Below are positions 36,568 to 47,831 of a stretch of DNA of 64,000 nt, piece by piece. The DNA comes from Moniliella sp. 'wahieum'. Taxonomy: Eukaryota. Both the position numbers and the translations under genes were made by a program. The stretch lies in contig RSEE01000062.1 in assembly GCA_003971905.1 (NCBI GenBank), positions 248,001 to 312,000 on the forward strand. The letters are read 5' to 3'. The notes beneath the pieces are model-generated. The model had not been told where the DNA came from. It searched no databases and worked only from the letters and a program-made list of their open reading frames with translations. Within the stretch, counting starts at the first letter, position 1. Each line of letters opens with the position of its first letter.

Positions 36568-36977
36568 ATACTGTAGCGGGCGTGGGCGTGACGACGAGTT
36601 GGCAGGTCGAGATGGTGGTTAGCTAGCAACCCAGGGCGAGGTTAGTTCACGCGCCATCTAGCTTTGTGGTGCCATTTACGCCAAGGACTTACATAATGCA
36701 GTGTGGCCCCGGGTGGATTTAATAGAATCCGCGGGCGGAATTGTTACTGCGCCACAAGTGGAGGCAGGATCGCCGGTGCCGGTGACATGCCCACGCAACC
36801 TATAAGAACCCCGTCGGACGACTCAGCTCGATTGAGCTTCCCATGCATCACCACCGCCCCAGTTTGTTTGGATGCTTTAACGTTCAAGTTGAATGTTGAC
36901 TAGTGTTACGGGGCGCTCCGGTCATCTCCGGACGAAACTCCTGGTTCGAGAGGTGCATTTCCGCATCTCCATCTGGC

Positions 36978-37019
36978 CATCTATTTCTGTCCATATTTCT
37001 GTCCATCTATTTCTGTCCA
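36978..37019. repeat. Tandem repeat CAT(CT)ATTTCTGTC x3
   Basis: Read directly. Confidence 0.85.
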
Positions 37020-38324
37020 GCTGGGCCACCACGAGCCTCAGTTAACTTCCGACGGAGGAATGGGGGCAGGCACCCCCTGCAAAGAAACGCTAGCGTGCTG
37101 CATATAGCCTGAAGGTCGATGGACCACTAGACACTACTACCAAGGAAGCTCATGGGGAAACGAACGTTGACGGCTTTGGCCATGTTGAGGGGCAAGCGGA
37201 ATAGCAGCATCGAGCGGGAATAGCAGCATCGGTCGTACTGGTAGCACTGGTTTTTGCTGAGCTAGTGGGTCGTGCTTTTGGCCAAAGTCCCTTCAGCCCC
37301 TCGTCAGACCTGGGAGTTCCGCTGTTTCCCCTCCCTGTTTTCCTCTTTGTCCCGCAGCTTAGCCCCTGACGGCGACTCGCCGCTTGATGTTCCTCTGTAG
37401 GCATTGCTGGTTGCCACACCACCAGTGCGATTGCATCACCCTCGAGGACCATCAGGACTCCGGGTCTCATCAGTTTTGGGACCTCGTCTTACTCCCCTCT
37501 TTGGTGCCGTGCCGGGGGGGAGGAACGTGATGCGGGACGGGCATTCGGGGGCGGGGCGGGGACGATACGACATCCTGGTACGGGTGTGTGCTCTGCAGTG
37601 GCAATGCGGTATGGGCTACGATGTAGGGTATAGGATGCTAGCCGAATGGGTTTGGTGAAACGGATGTGCATTCTGTCCTTTTGAGAAAAAGGTGCCATGT
37701 CATGGTACGTCTGTGCTATGGACAAGCAGGCATCTTAAGTTTTGGCAAACCAGTTTGGCTTCGTCTCCCCGTCAATCTCGTCCTCACTTGCAAAGGGGAC
37801 AGTAGGTCTTATTCGTCCTGTCGCAAAATGCATGATGCATGAGTTTCATGGCTGTATCTTGGGTCTGTATTGTTTCCTTTTCTTGCTCGAGCTATGCGCC
37901 GCGCAAGGAAGAAAATGCATGGGAGGCCCTACGGAGGAAAAGCAAGAATGCAGTGCGCAGGCCAGGCAGTCGGCCCCGGGGGATTGAGGGGAATGGGCTC
38001 AGAAACGCTCAGCGCTTCATCCGAGTCGACGAATGGACGAATCAACGAATCGATGAATCGTATGGTGCGCCGAGGTTCCCAGATCAAGAATCGGGACAGG
38101 TCCAAGGTCCAATGCAGCAGAGGGGCAAGGAAGATGCATGCAAAGTGCGAAGGCGCGGAGGCCGTCGCAGGTCCGTGACAGAACAGGGTGGGTGGTTCGG
38201 ATGGGGTGGCAAGACAAGATCCTGGACTATGGAATGGCAAAATCCCATCTCCCATCTCCCATTTCAAAGGGAGAGAAGTAACGTAGCCACTTGGCCAAGC
38301 TCCAAGTGGTGCAAATCTCAAAGC

Positions 38325-38716
38325 TCAAATTTGTACGCGGCTGTAGCGCTTGTGGACACCGATTTGGCATGCGCAGAAGCCGAGGAAGCAGGCATAGATA
38401 AGTGCCACAGTGTAGCATGTGCGCGCGACCGCATGGCCATCTTTTGGGTCGGACGTGGATCCCATGAAGGCTGGGTCAGGAGGCAGCAGGCGCAGGTCAG
38501 CTGTGGATCCAGTGCAAACGCGAACGAGGTACGAGGTAGAGAGGTAAGAGGTAAGAGGTAAGAGGTAAACATGAGGGGGGGGGACTTACCTTCCCAGTCG
38601 TGGTCATACCCCCAACCAATGACGGCGAGGAAGACGACGCCAAATGAGCTGAGGACGGTGCAGCAGCTGGCGCTTCCAATGCCTACAACAGGACGCAGGC
38701 GCAGGGGCGACGACAT
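38325..38716 (-). CDS. V-ATPase Vo subunit f (RNASEK / yeast YPR170W-B homolog); intron 38471-38589
   Basis: Spliced: MSSPLRLRPVVGIGSASCCTVLSSFGVVFLAVIGWGYDHDWE|AFMGSTSDPKDGHAVARTCYTVALIYACFLGFCACQIGVHKRYSRVQI*. Two TM helices and the RPVV...CCTVLS.FGVV and F.GS..DP.DG.AVA signatures. Confidence 0.9.
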
Positions 38717-39374
38717 GGTAGGCTGGTGGGCCGGGAACGGAGGGGGAGGAGGAGGTGGTGGTGGTGGGTCTGAGGAGGGGGTTGGGGTCGACTCGGTGCA
38801 ATGCGCCTGGTTCACTACCACTCGAATGGACGGCGTGCAAGGGGTAGTTTGCAATGTGAAACAGGTGTAGATACATGCAATGTTCAATTCCGCACGTGGT
38901 ACCCAGCGCTAGCCAGTCGAACAAGTGGGGACGTCCGGGCTTAGCGCTTAGAGTTCGCTTAGCCTGAGCTGGCTTACCGCAGAGCGACGAACCATATGCT
39001 ACCGGGGCGCAGGACTGTAGGACTGTACAAACAGATCTGGCATCGTAGATCGCACAACCCCAGCGCTGGGGACAGCAGAGTGGTGGATGGCACCTCCTCT
39101 GGGTTGGCTCTGGCTTAGTAACTTCTCTGAACTGGGCTAACCCTAAGGTTGGCGTGGCCGCTGGGCTGGGCCGGCCCCCTTCGGCCGGTAGTTTGGCAAC
39201 GAACTTGAACGTTCAACCACGTAAGGCCAGGCAGGCTGGCAAGGTGCAGGGCAGGCACTAGGCGGAGGCGCGGCGTCGCTTGTCGGGCTGGGAGCGCCAG
39301 CGCACGCGTGCCTCCGCGTCAGCCCAGCGCATACACCCACACCACCACGCCGCTGCGCTCGCGCTCCCGACCCG

Positions 39375-39659
39375 TATAAAGCCCGTTGGCTCGTCTCGCC
39401 TTCTTTCTCCCTCTCTTCCTTCCAGCGTCGCCTCTCCCGCCCCCCCTCGTCCGCACAGCTCCCACCTCCCATTCCGTCTGGTACGTCGTCCATCTACTTG
39501 TCTCCGCCCCCTGCCTGCCCCCTGCCCGGGTCCCGGTTCCCGGTGCCCGTACGTCCCGGCGCGTTGCGGGGGATAGGTGCGCTATCCTACCTTGCCGTAC
39601 TGACCTGACCGCCCGGACGTGACCTGACCTATGTGACGCGTCGCTTGGGGCCTGGTCAG
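39375..39659 (+). promoter_or_regulatory. TATA box (39375-39380) and probable 5'-UTR intron (39481-39659) of the NHP6-like gene
   Basis: TATAAA, then GTACGT donor, several CTGAC branch candidates (39600-39630), and a CAG acceptor 7 nt before the ATG. Confidence 0.55.
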
Positions 39660-39666
39660 TTTCCCC

Positions 39667-40148
39667 ATGGCGCGTGCTACCAAAAAAACGGAGAAGAACG
39701 CGTCGAAGGGCGCATCTTCTTCCACGCGCAAGCCGGCGCAGCCCAAGAAAAAGCGAGCCAAGAAGGACCGAACCAAGCCCAAGCGTGCGTTGACTCCGTA
39801 CGTGCTCTTTTGCCAAGAGAGGCGCAACCAAGTAAAAGAGGACAACCCCGAGGCAGGCTTTGGTGTGTATTTTGTTTTTTCTCTTCTCTTTCCTGCTTGC
39901 CCGGAGGGATTCAGCGGCTGACTGTCTGTTACCTGTGGTTCTTTGGCACGCTCTGTGGGTGGGTAGGCGACATTGGTCGGATCCTCGGGCAGATGTGGAA
40001 GGAGATGGACGACGAGGCGAAGCAGCCGTTCAAGGAGCTGGCCGAGAAGGACAAGGAGCGTGCTGAGCACGAGATGATCGATTGGCGAGAAGCTCAAGCA
40101 CAGAAGGAAGAAGAAGAGGAAGAAGAGGAAGAAGAGGAGGAAGAATGA
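39667..40148 (+). CDS. NHP6: NHP6-like single HMG-box chromatin protein with acidic tail; intron 39863-39966
   Basis: KKDRTKPKRALTPYVLFCQERRNQVKEDNPEAGF|GDIGRILGQMWKEMDDEAKQPFKELAEKDKERA, then poly-Glu. Confidence 0.88.
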
Positions 40149-41155
40149 GGAGGTTCAGAGTGATGGGGCGTGTGGTTTTTTGTCTTTCTTTTTCTCTTTC
40201 TCTTTATCTTTTCTCTCCCACTATGCTACGGGGGCGTGGCGTTCGCCCCCCCTGTGACCTCTCGCGGCCGCAGCCCTCAGTAGGGCCGGCTTGCACGTCG
40301 TCTCCATGCAGCGCGGGCGTTGTATTTCCATGACCTTTCGTCTTGTCTGGTAAGCTTAGTCGCTATAGCCCCCGGAAAGGAGCAGGAGCTATGCGCGAGT
40401 GTAGAGTCTGGCCTGGTTGGTGCATACGACACAACAACGCCCGATCTATGGCTACCCAACCGCCTGGGAGTTGCACTTGACTCGGCTGTGAGGCTGTCGG
40501 GTAGGCTGAGGAGCAGAGCAAGCCAGTGCAGAGCCCGCGCAGGGCGAAGACAGGCCAAGACTTGGACCTCCGGGCGGCTCATGGACGGCGAACGCAGCGG
40601 GTGGATTGGTCGTACCGACTACTGGGATCTAGCCTGGTCGATGATGCATGATGGAATCGATGATCTGCGGCTCGGCTCGGGTGGCCGGGTGGCGCGTCAG
40701 CGGGCTCAGGCGCTCAGGCTCAGCGGTGCGCAGCGTGTATAGCCAGCGGGTAGCAGCTGGGCGGCGCCGTGGGAGCGCAGTAGCAGCGGCAGGGCGTCTG
40801 TGTGCGGGGGGCGGGCGCGCGCGCTGGTGTGGCCCTGGGCCATTCAATCTCCATTGCCTGCGGCTGCCTGTGGCGTCGAGCGGGCCAAGCAGAAGCACTG
40901 GGCGCTGGGCGCTGGACCAGCAAGGCAAGGCGAGGCTCCAGCGCCCAGCGCCCAGTGCCCAGTGCCCCGCACACGTACCCCTCCTTCCTCGCGTGCATTC
41001 CATCAGCGGACAATTTGCGGGCGAAGCAAGATCGTTGACACGTTGAGACGGTGAGACTACGGTGAGAATTGCCATCTGTTGAGAGATGTAAGCCAATGCG
41101 GATCGCGTCGCGGGAGCGTGCCTCTTGCCCACCACCTCCCGCCCCGTCTCCCACC

Positions 41156-41934
41156 ATGTCTGGCAAGATGATGATTTACAAGCTTGTCGTCCTCGGTGAC
41201 GGCGGCGTGGGCAAGACCGCCCTGACGATCCAGGTGCGTATAGTGTTCTGTTGTGCGCTAGAGACTCGGTGGGGCCGTGCTTGGCACTTGGTGATTGGTG
41301 ATTGGTACTTGGTACTTGGTACTTGACCCTATTCACCAGCTCGCTGGGTCCTTTTGTGGTACCCCCTTCCCCGCTTTCGCTTGCGCTCACACGTCCTCTT
41401 CTCTTTTTCTCCCTTGCATAGCTTTGTCTGAACCACTTGTCGAGACGTACGACCCAACCATCGAAGACTCGTACCGCAAGCAAACTGTGATTGACGATCA
41501 GTGTATGCTTGAGGTGCTGGACACGGCCGGGCAGGAAGAGTACACGCGGTGCGGGACCAATGGGTACGGGAGGGGGAAGGATTTTGTTAGTGTACTCGAT
41601 TGTGAGTCGGCCGACGTTTGAGCGGATTGAGCGGTTCAAGAACCAGATTACGCGCGTCAAGGATGATTCGAATGCGCCGACAATGTTGGTGGGCAACAAG
41701 TGCGACAAGGCCGAGGAACGGGAAGTTGCGATGGAGGAAGGGCAGGCGTTGGCCAGTCGGTTGGGATGCCAGTTTGTCGAAACGTCCGCCAAGACATGTG
41801 TGAATGTGGAGAAGGCGTACTTGAATGTCGTGCGCCTGATCCGCGAGCAACGGGGCGAGATTGTCAAGCAGTCCAAAAAGGGCAAGAAGAACCCATTCAA
41901 ATCGGACACCAAGACCAAATGTTTCCTTTTTTGA
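41156..41934 (+). CDS. RAS2: Ras GTPase, fungal Ras2 class; intron 41234-41421
   Basis: [60 protein letters not shown], polybasic tail and CaaX CFLF*. Confidence 0.93.
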
Positions 41935-43137
41935 GTCGCGGCTCCTTGCCCCACACAACCAGCGTTCAAGCTTCAAGCTTCAAGCTTCAAAGTGCCTTCC
42001 TTTTGCTCTCTGCACTCTCTAGACTGCCTCAGGCCTTGTCCTGGCCCATACCCTTCCCTCGTCACCTTTTGATTCCCCTGCCTTCTCTGGGACTTGCTCC
42101 CACACCCTCTCCTTTCTAATCGCCCCCCCCCCCTCTTACCTTCTTCCCTTGTGTGTCTCCGCTTTCTGTGGGCTACCCCTTTCTGTTGACGGGAGGCATG
42201 CTCGTGTGATTCTCCCCTGTCTAGTTCGGACGGGACCAGCGACCGATTCAGGTTGTGAAACCTAGGTCCCCTGCTATCAATTCTCTCCTCTCCTTCCTTT
42301 CTTTGGTGTTATTGTGCGCCAACGTCCCTATCCCCCTGTCGTAAATTGCTTCCTTCGCCCACCGAGATGAATCTGTTCTGCGTTCTGTCCACCATGGCCT
42401 CGATCGGACCATTGCATCGAAGGCAGGGCACGAGGAATGTAGAGGGGAACGGAGTGCGCTGGGAAGGGCGGTAACCAAAGCGCCGGAAGTGGGACGGTAC
42501 CTGCGCCGGGGAAGACCCTCTGTTACTACTGAGAACCTCATCCAAGCGCGCATGAGCATGACATGACAGACAATACCAAACCGAAGTGCCCAATCTCATT
42601 TTTGGCGCAGCCCAACCCCACGCACTGGGAACGGATCCAGACAGCAGCAACTCGGGTGTCCTCTTGGAGCCCGTCCGTACGGGGCATGCCCATCACGAGC
42701 CACTGGATGTGAGCCGGCCAGGGTGGCTGGGGGGTGTTGGACAGAAGACACGCGCCCATGCAGGAGGCGGGGGGTGCGCGGGGCTAGCTGGGTGCACGTG
42801 ACGCCACAGGCACTTGAACCAATGCCACCGGGCCACCCCCGAAGCTGAGCGCTGACAGCGCTGACAGCTGACAGGTGGCAGCTGACATGGGCGCCCCGTG
42901 GTCCGCCCCCCCGTGGATGCAGGGGGGCACTCTGTTACGTCATGGGAGGCAGCCTGCAGGGGCATGCAGGTCTTGGCCAGCGACGAGTCGACCACTCGTG
43001 ACAAGTGGCTAGTGGCTGCGGCGGCGAGTGCGAGTGATTCGTAACTACGACTAGTGACGTCCGCCACGCGCAGCTGCCCCCCGCAAGCGCAGCCACCGCA
43101 CGCCGTCTCGTCTTCTGCCGCCCTCTTCCATCCAGCA

Positions 43138-44762
43138 ATGCCCACCCTCACCACGGCCGAGAAGAACCGGGTCAAGGCAGCCGTGCCCGCCGAGAGCGCC
43201 AAGATCGTCATGGCTACCGTGGCGCGCGTGTACGCTGCTGTGCCCCGCGCCTCTTCTTCCTGGGCGTTCACAGGCTTGGAAGGCGTGCTGGCGTTTGTGC
43301 GCGACTATGACCGCTCCACCTTCTACCTCAAGCTCGTTGACCTCGGCTCCCGCGGCGTGCTGTGGGAGCAGGAGATGTATGAGGGCTTTGTGTACAATGT
43401 CGACCGCACCTTTTTCCATACGTTTGAGGGCGACGAGTGTTTTGTCGGCATCGCCTTTGCCGACGAGGCTGAGGCTGCCGTCCTAGCCAAAAGGATTGGC
43501 AACAAGCAAAAGTATGGTACGTTTGTTTCTCTCTTTCTCCTTCGCGTAGCGACTGCCCTGCTGATTCCTCCTCCCCTCCTTCAGCCAAGCCGAAAGCATC
43601 CGGTGGGAGTACGTTCAAGAAATTTTTCGGCCGCGGCGTTTCGGTCCCGCACGCCCATGGCACAGCGGGCCATCCTAGCATTTCCACCGCCATGCTCGAA
43701 GCGTTCGTGGTCCAGAGCGGCGGCTCCTCGGGCGGCGGTAACAGCGATTCTGCGCCCTCGTTGCTCACCAACCTGACGGGCGGACACAGTCGTACCAACT
43801 CGACCAACCACGAAAGTGGGGGAGGCAACGCGAAGGCGCGACTTGGCAACCCTTTGTTTCCCCATACCAGCCGCACCTACCACTCTGGCACCCATGGCTC
43901 TGTCTCTGCTCCGGCTTCTCCGCCCGCGCCGCGAGTACCGGCGGTGCAGTACCATACCCCGTCTTCTCCGCTTGCCTCGCCTGCGCCGCCGGCTGCGCCA
44001 ACCGTCTCGGCGCCACGCACCCCGAAGACTATGCCCCCTGCTGCTCCCGCTGCTGCTCCCAGAGCGCCGCCCCCACCTCCGCGCCTGCTGCCCCTGCACC
44101 CGCCACCACCCACCCGCTCCCCCGGCCGCAGCGCCAGCAGCGCCTTCTGCCCCTCGTCGTCTTCCCCCCTTGGGAGGGAGCAAGAAAGCGCCGCGCAGTG
44201 CGCCGGCTGCGCCTGCGCCTCCCCCACCGGGTCGAACGGCTGGTGGAGCGCGTCCTCCTGCACCGCCGCGCCCCCTCCGTCCCAACCAGCAGTGCACCAC
44301 CTGCACCGCCGCCACCGCCACCGCCACCGCCTCCTGCACCAATGGGGGCTGCTCCACGGCCTCCGCCGCCTCCCTCTGGTGGGGCGCCTCCTCCTCCCCC
44401 CCACCTCCTTCTGGTGGAGCGCCTCCGCCTCCGCCCCCCCCCTGCTGCCGGTGGGGGCAACGCGTTATCTGGTCTCCCAGCGCCGCAATGGACGCAGCGC
44501 GTTGTTGGCCAGTATCCAGGGCAAGTCGATTCGCGATCTCAAGAAGACGCCCGGACCGAATTCGAATTCGAATTCGACGAATTTGGGTGGGGTAGGGGGA
44601 GCTGCGGCTGGCGGGGCTGTGGGGCTGGGGGCGGGCTCAGCGGCTGGAGCAGCAGGCGACGAGTCCCCCGCCGGCTTGGCAGATGCCTTGTCCCAAGCCC
44701 TCAACCAACGTAAAGGCCAAATGGGCGATTCGGACGAGGAGGAGTCGGACGACGATTGGTAA
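43138..44762 (+). CDS. LAS17: Las17/WASP-family actin nucleation-promoting factor (WH1, Pro-rich, WH2-C-A); intron 43517-43584
   Basis: WH1 (TVARVYAA...WAFTGLEG...VLWEQEMYEGFVYNVDRTFFHTFEGDEC..G.AFADE), polyproline, WH2 RSALLASIQGKSIRDLKKT, LADALSQALNQRK, acidic end DSDEEESDDDW*. Confidence 0.92.
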
Positions 44763-45696
44763 TTGGCAACCTAACCCCCCTTCCCGTGCACGTGCTTGCT
44801 GGGTCTAGTGGGGTTGGCACAGGGGTCGGGGGGGGGGACGGGATGTCAGTGTATGTGTGATGGATGATGGGTGGCCAGCAGCCACCCTCCCTCTTTAGCT
44901 TGGCCCTGCTTGCCCCCCTACCCCCCCCCTTATCCGCCCCCTGGACGTGGCCGTGTAGACGCTTCTCTCTTCCTCTCCCCCAAACGACCTGGTACATCTT
45001 CCGGACGGATGATTTGTATCACTTGGACCACTTGGATCACGTTTCCGTTCACGTTTCCTGTTGAAACCCTGGTCCCCCTCACCTCAATTTTTGGGGCATG
45101 CACCTCATTTCCCTCCCCTTCCTTTCCCCCCCTCCCACCGCCCACCGTCCTTACTTGTACCTCCAGGATCAGCATCCAGCAGTCCCAACTCGTTGGAAAT
45201 CCAAGCAGGAGCGCGGAGGACGCGACATAGTCTGGGATGTTATAAACGAGCCCCAGGACCCACAATGAAGGTTGAGGTTGAGGTTGGGCGGTCCTGGTGT
45301 GGATGCGGGAGGAGGGCGGATGGTAGTTAGGCGTTGGATCGGCTGGACTGCTAAGATTAAGATCGCTAAAGCCAGGGTATATCTATCTGCAAGCTTTCCA
45401 CGCAAAGCCGGTGGCTGCTGCGCTGCAGCTGGAGGCGGATGCACATTGGGCCCATGCCTGCTCCACCGTGTCTGGGATGGCAAGGCGGAGCAGGCGCAAT
45501 GCGCCCTAGTGCCGAGTCCTCCCACCCAGCAGATCACTCTTGGCATGCGTGACAGTCCCATTCACCGTCCTTGTCACTGCCCCCCCGCCTCACTACTAGG
45601 ACGTAGTAACTAAGTACTAAGCTGCCGCCGCGCCATGGCGCGCCCAAGGCTCTGCTCCTGCTCCGCTCCTGTTCTGCTCTGCTCTGCTCCACCATC

Positions 45697-47321
45697 ATGT
45701 CGTTGTCGGACGCGCCACCCTTCCCGACCCCCGACGCCGATAGCAGTGACAGTCCGTCCGAGCTGCGGCACATCATTGCTGCTCTGCGCGTGCATGCTGC
45801 GTGGCAAGCGCGCGCACTGAGTGCCACCACGCTCGCGCACGACCATCTTGCCAACCGCGCAGCGGCCGAGGCGGACGATGAGGCGCTCGCTCTTGCTGCC
45901 CAGCACGACGGGCGGAACAGGCCGAGGTACTGGACCTGTTGCGTGCTCAGTTGGCGCGTGTGTGCGACGAGCGGGACGAGGCGGTGGTCCGGGCGGAACG
46001 CGAGGCGGGCACAGTGCGCGACTTGCGTCTGCGCTTGGCTGACTCGCTCCGGCTCAGTAGAAAGTTGCAACCCCCAGACCAACAGGGCACAACGACCACA
46101 TCTGCTTCCCAACCCACCACGCGGGTCAGTGCCAGTGCCATCTCCACCTCCACCTCGCCCGTTGCCACCCCTGGCAGCCGTACATCCCCCATCCAGTCCT
46201 CGTTGGACGATACGTCTACGTCGTCTCCTGTCGGTCTGGGCGCCGGCTCTGACACCGCGAACCACCCCAGCACTGCCAGCAGCGTGCGTGGACTCAGCAC
46301 TATTGCCTCCTCTCTTCCGTCCTCGGTCTGCTACACTTGGTAGCACCCCTTCCCGTCCCCCTAGTCTGGGCGTAGGCACATTTCCTATTCCGCGCCCTGG
46401 TCCTGTCGACGCGCACGAAGGAGAGGCGGCTCAGCGTCCGGCCCGTATGCTTGGCACAGGCGAAAGGGGCGAAAAGGTCGGGGTGAACGGGCTGCCTACC
46501 AGTGTACCCCCCATGTCCCCGGAACGACTGCAGGCCCAACTCGCCGCTCAACGTACCCAGCTCGACCGGCTGCGGAGCGAGTTGAACCAGACGCGGGACG
46601 CTGGACCAAGTCAAGGAAGCGCGGTGGGCCTCTGAAGTGTGTCTGAAAGCACTTAAGGAGTACATTGCTCTGTTGCCTCCCGATCCAGCGTCCAGCGGGT
46701 TGCGCCCTACTACCTCCCCGCCAGAGCAGGAAGTACACCCATGCGACGCGCTTGCACCTGCCTCCCTTACCTGTCGATTCCACTGCCTCGCTCGAGCCGG
46801 GGGACGAAGCCGTTCCGCCAGATCCCCCGGTTAGGTCTCTGCCCAAACGCCCGCCCCAACCCACCGAGTCTTGGTCGTTCAAACTGGGGTCGATGTGGCG
46901 ACGAGCCACTACCACCGTGCCGCATGACGGTGGGGGTGGGTCCACGTCCGCACCTGCCCGAGCTACCTCGACAGGACGCACGAGCGGGTTGCCGTCGCCC
47001 CCGCGGGCTAGGGGAGGCAGTACCGTCCGTTCTCTCGGTGCCAACCTAAGTTCTTTGGGCTTGACGCACGCCGCTGACCGAGCCAAGTCGTCTACCGCTC
47101 CACCTGTGGCCGAGGAAGACCAACACGCGCTCCCACACGGAGCGCCTTCGCTTGCTCCACCTCCCTACTTCGTTACCCAACCCACCCTGCCCCCCCGCTC
47201 GGCTGCTCGACCTGTCCGCCCCTCGAGTTTGGCTGAACGGGGGGAAGCGGCGGGGACGGGACAGCACGTCGGTCTGTCGTTGGATCTACGGACGATGCGG
47301 GGCGGTGAAGCAGGACCCTGA
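45697..47321 (+). CDS. Hypothetical coiled-coil / low-complexity protein (frameshifted)
   Basis: ATG in CATC-ATG context after a CT-rich leader. Helical segments ELRHIIAALR, LRAQLARVCDERDEAVVRAEREAGTVRDLRLRL, RLQAQLAAQRTQLDRLRSEL and VCLKALKEYIALL lie in successive frames. Confidence 0.5.
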
Positions 47322-47644
47322 ACCAGGTTCAAAGAGGAGAATGGCGGCGGTGCAAATGGCCAAACCACCTAGCTGCTTGGTTACCCGTTGGGACTTCCCT
47401 CTCGCCTCCCTTCGCGTGCAGATCGTATTCCCTCTACTGGGTCTGGCACGTATCAGTTCTGACCATCGGGCGCTTGAAGTCCCCGTGACTCGACCGCAGC
47501 CGGCCTCGCTTGTCCATTCGTTCTTCCCGGGGGTGATTAATGATTCCCGCCCCCCATGCCCCCAAATCTCTGCTCTGCATTGTTTCGTCTCTTGTGTGAG
47601 AATTCACACCATGCTCTAACCTCTCTTTGCTCCTCTCCTTGCTC

Positions 47645-47681
47645 CGCTCGTTGCTCTGCTCGTTGCTCTGCTCGTTGCTCC
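47645..47681. repeat. 12-bp tandem repeat (GCTCGTTGCTCT)x~3
   Basis: Read directly. Confidence 0.8.
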
Positions 47682-47831
47682 TTCTCTTGCCCTACTCCTT
47701 TCCCCTGGCTTGCCAAAAGGATCGCCTGCACCAGAGGTGGAGAACCCTCATACCCCGTCCGCTGTGCGGACAAACTCGTGATTCCACTCTTACGTTTACC
47801 CCAAACAATGAACTCGACCGTTTTTGCTCTG

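Noticed and set aside
32506..36905. CACAG (32506) and TAGTG (36901) as canonical CACTA termini
   Set aside because: Only a gapped ~13-bp match and no 2- or 3-bp target-site duplication.
40277..40742. Small ORFs between NHP6 and RAS2
   Set aside because: No recognisable motifs or convincing gene structure.
41920..41934. Unusual Ras CaaX box CFLF
   Set aside because: Within the range of prenylation motifs for Ras2-type proteins, and it sits in a T homopolymer that may be mis-called.
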